IMG/VR virus record: IMGVR_UViG_3300046517_000932
Source of the DNA: an uncultured virus (IMG/VR IMGVR_UViG_3300046517_000932)
Taxonomy: Duplodnaviria; Heunggongvirae; Uroviricota; Caudoviricetes
DNA length: 64,000 nt
Strand: one strand, 5' to 3'
Positions 61,168 through 64,000 of the stretch are shown one piece after another. Below the pieces are notes generated by a model. It saw only the letters and a program-made list of their open reading frames with translations. It did not search any database and was not told where the DNA came from. The position numbers were made by a program, and so were the translations under genes. Numbering within the stretch: the stretch's first letter is position 1; each line of letters begins with the position of its first letter.

Positions 61168-64000
61168 TAGCTCGAGTGCCTTGGCGAGGGTGTCGGCCTG
61201 CTTCACCGCTGCCACGAACCGATCGAACGCCGCATTGATCTTCACTCGCTCATCACCCTCCGGGTAGGGCTTGAACTGCACACCCGTAAGCGGATCCACG
61301 TGATAGCGATTGTCGGCGAGCGACGACAGGTAGTCGTTCCGGCGCCCCTTGTCGGCGAGCCGATCCTCGACCCAGGACTGGAACGCGCGCGCGGACATCT
61401 CGTGCGTGAGCTGCCAGTACTCTTTCGAGCCCGTGTCGAGCTTGGCCGCTTCCATCGCGAACGATGACATGCCCTTGCCGTGCTTCACCTCGACGGCGCC
61501 GCCTTCCGGGTTGCCGCCGAAGTGCGCCGCCGCGATCAAGCGCCACACGTCGCGCGTGTTCTTGCGCTTCTTCGTCAGCGTCTTGTCATCCGGATACATC
61601 GCGTCGATCGCCTTGAACGCGGCGTGCACGGTGCCCGCGTCGCGGATCGAGCGCGCCATCGCGTTCGGATACGTGCCGTTGAGGTTGTGCTTCGCCATCC
61701 GCACATCAGATGCCGTGTACGAGACCAGCTCCGTGTGTTGATGCGTCCCGTCGAGCATCGCGCTACGCAGCGCGATCGTCGCGTCACGCAGCTCGCCAGG
61801 CGGCAGGAGGTGCGGGTTCTCCGTGATGAAGTCGTGCGCGCCGGACTCGCCCATGCCCTCAGCTTCCTTCGCCATGTTGTCGAGCGCATGGAACCACTCG
61901 TGCGCGAGCGATCCGCCGCCGCCCAGCTTCGTCAGGTTGATCACGCGATGGACCGGCTCGTAATGCGCCTTGGCCGCACCGCCGCCGGCCGCGCCATTAC
62001 CGCGCGCGCCGAAGGCCATCGCCAGGCGTCCGTTCAACGACACGTGCGCGTCATCGGCGCCCATGAGATCCGCCAGGTCAGCGAACGCGCCGGCGCACTG
62101 CTCCGTGTGGAACTTGGCCGATGCCACGTCACGCAGCACCCAGTTACCCGACTGGACGTCGCGCAGGCCGAACATCTCCTTGAGCGCCATCGTCGAATCA
62201 GGTGCGACGGTCCGCCCGCCGACGCGCTCGAACGAGTCCGCGACCTTGAGCTGGAACCGTGCCGATTCCTTGGAGATGCGCGGCGCACGTTTCGCCTCTT
62301 TCTCCATCCAATCCCAGCCGATCCTCCCGACCTTGGCGGCCGCGACGTGATTCGCGAACGCGTCCGAACCCTTGTACGATCGGTACCGGATCACGCCCAG
62401 GAAGCGATCGCCCATGAGGTTCCACGCGCGATGCAGCGGGTTCTCGGTCTGGTTGCGGACCTTCGCCATCAGCTTGAGCACCTCACGCTTACGGCCGAAC
62501 TCACTGCGCGCCGCGTCGATCTCATCGTGGCGCGGCTTGTTCTTTTGCAGCGCATCGCCCCACTTCTTATCCGCCGCGTCGTGCCGCTTCTTCAGATCCG
62601 CCAGCTTTGCATCCAGATCAGGCTTCGGCGCCCAGCCGCGCCGCTTGCGGTTCTCGACTTCACGCTCGACGCCGTACATCTCCGCGCGAATGTTGCCCAT
62701 CTCCGCATACAGCTTGTCCGTCTCGTCGCGGAGCGCCTTGCTTTCATGGAACAGCGCCATCGACGCGTCGCCGTGCGCCTCGTACTGCTCGGCCTCCTCC
62801 GCCGTCAGCATCGTGCCCTCGTACTCCTCGCGCAGGCTGTCGAGCACGCCCGTCACGTCCGCCGGCGTCTTGCAGCCCTCCAGCCGGTCGCGCAGGGACT
62901 GCAGGCCAATCGCATAGTCCTTGCGCGCTTGAGCCGACTCAGCGCTCGGCTCCTGGCCGATAGCCGCATAGATGCGATCGACCAGGAACCCGGCGCCAGG
63001 ATCCATACCGCCATCGCGCAGCGCGGGCCAATCCACTTCGCCGAACAGGTTCGACTTCGTGATCAGGGTTTTTGCCTCGCGCGGGTTCTGCTCGAGCTCG
63101 TCCCAGTCGATCGCCGTCGCGAACACGCGCGCGCCTTCCTTCTTTGCTCGCGTGATCACCTCGAGCGCCGCGCGTTCCTTCCGGGATCCGCCGATGTGCC
63201 CGGTGTCGGCATAGCGATAGTTCTCGCTTGACGGACGGTCGACGTCGGCCTCGACCGGCTCCTCGCGCGCGGCGACGCGCTCCGCCACCTTCTTGACGAG
63301 CGCTTTCGCCTTGTCGCTGTGCGGATTGCGCGCCAGCTCGTCGGCGAGATCCTCGCGGTCTTCGGCGAGCTCGACGTCGGGATTCGTCGGCGCCGGCATG
63401 GCGGGTTCGACGACGGGCTCTGCAGCGGCCGCCGCCGGCGCGGCATAGGCGCGCAGCTTGTCGCGCACCATGTCGGCGAACTGACCCATGTCGCCAACCG
63501 ACGGGACATAGCCCTTGGCCTTCGACTTCAGGCGATCCGCGACCGTTTGCCGGAATTGATCCGGCTCGTTGTCGGCCATTTCGATGTAGGGCTCCGCATA
63601 ACGCTTGAGAGCCTCCGCGACGTCGTCAGCATACTCCGCACGGTCATCCCCATCGGCCATATGCGCCATCTCGTATTGCTTGGTCTCCGCGTCGCTCAGC
63701 TTGCGGTTATAGACCGCCACGCCGTTGCGTGCATAGTCATGGTGCACCTCGCCGACGGCCGGACGATCTTCGGTCCGGACAAAATCTTTCGGCGCGGTAC
63801 TGATGCCGACCGGACGATTGACCATCGCGTAACGATGCTCTTTCGCAGATTCCACCGGCGCCGCTTGCTCGACGGCCGGCGATTCCTCGCGATGCCAGCG
63901 ACCGTCACGGAACACGAGACCGTCGGCATTGCGATCGCCGTCCTTCGGACCCTCCATCGCCTCGCGCTTTGCGATGTACCGCCCGAGCCTCATACGTTCT
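61162..64000 (-). CDS. Large polyvalent protein with DarA-C-like, zincin (HExxH) and LPD1 domains (5' end probably outside window)
   Basis: YAMVNRPVGISTAP...ARNG...YNRKLS..E...YEM; GSLAHEWFHALD; EMSARAFQ...NDYL...PYPEGDER..IN.AFD; frame is open to the window edge. Confidence 0.8.
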   Translation of the reverse strand, partial: ERMRLGRYIAKREAMEGPKDGDRNADGLVFRDGRWHREESPAVEQAAPVESAKEHRYAMVNRPVGISTAPKDFVRTEDRPAVGEVHHDYARNGVAVYNRKLSDAETKQYEMAHMADGDDRAEYADDVAEALKRYAEPYIEMADNEPDQFRQTVADRLKSKAKGYVPSVGDMGQFADMVRDKLRAYAAPAAAAAEPVVEPAMPAPTNPDVELAEDREDLADELARNPHSDKAKALVKKVAERVAAREEPVEADVDRPSSENYRYADTGHIGGSRKERAALEVITRAKKEGARVFATAIDWDELEQNPREAKTLITKSNLFGEVDWPALRDGGMDPGAGFLVDRIYAAIGQEPSAESAQARKDYAIGLQSLRDRLEGCKTPADVTGVLDSLREEYEGTMLTAEEAEQYEAHGDASMALFHESKALRDETDKLYAEMGNIRAEMYGVEREVENRKRRGWAPKPDLDAKLADLKKRHDAADKKWGDALQKNKPRHDEIDAARSEFGRKREVLKLMAKVRNQTENPLHRAWNLMGDRFLGVIRYRSYKGSDAFANHVAAAKVGRIGWDWMEKEAKRAPRISKESARFQLKVADSFERVGGRTVAPDSTMALKEMFGLRDVQSGNWVLRDVASAKFHTEQCAGAFADLADLMGADDAHVSLNGRLAMAFGARGNGAAGGGAAKAHYEPVHRVINLTKLGGGGSLAHEWFHALDNMAKEAEGMGESGAHDFITENPHLLPPGELRDATIALRSAMLDGTHQHTELVSYTASDVRMAKHNLNGTYPNAMARSIRDAGTVHAAFKAIDAMYPDDKTLTKKRKNTRDVWRLIAAAHFGGNPEGGAVEVKHGKGMSSFAMEAAKLDTGSKEYWQLTHEMSARAFQSWVEDRLADKGRRNDYLSSLADNRYHVDPLTGVQFKPYPEGDERVKINAAFDRFVAAVKQADTLAKALELV

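Overview
The whole window is part of one GC-rich, probably temperate, contractile-tailed (myovirus-type) phage genome; no host genes are visible, and the codon style suggests a Burkholderiaceae-like host (inference only). In order it contains: a GpA-type terminase pair; a leftward block of small genes (RMF-like protein, metallopeptidase, MazG-like, Zn-binding proteins); an AT-rich GATACC-repeat origin-like element; rightward early genes; a metallophosphoesterase; a replication block (deaminase, Toprim primase-helicase, VRR-NUC, dATP/dGTP diphosphohydrolase, SSB, DEAH helicase, Cro-like HTH); a recombination block (RecE-like, AAA ATPase, putative annealase, tyrosine integrase); a TraR/DksA-like protein; a lysis cassette; tail fibre, baseplate, tape measure, tube, sheath, neck and head genes; a giant SNF2-like protein; a second origin-like element; and a DarA/LPD1 polyvalent protein that runs off the end. 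The main non-coding signals are: (1) 12 copies of a 16-bp putative late promoter GTCGTGAC-N3-A-N3-T, followed either by an ATG exactly 6 nt downstream (leaderless) or by a hairpin that hides the ribosome-binding site; (2) about 17 copies of a 16-bp palindromic operator at early promoters; (3) two diverged origin-like elements 53 kb apart with conserved repeat spacing; (4) a TCC-TTT-CGA +1 frameshift site in the tail chaperone. All protein calls come from motif recognition and gene order, not database searches.
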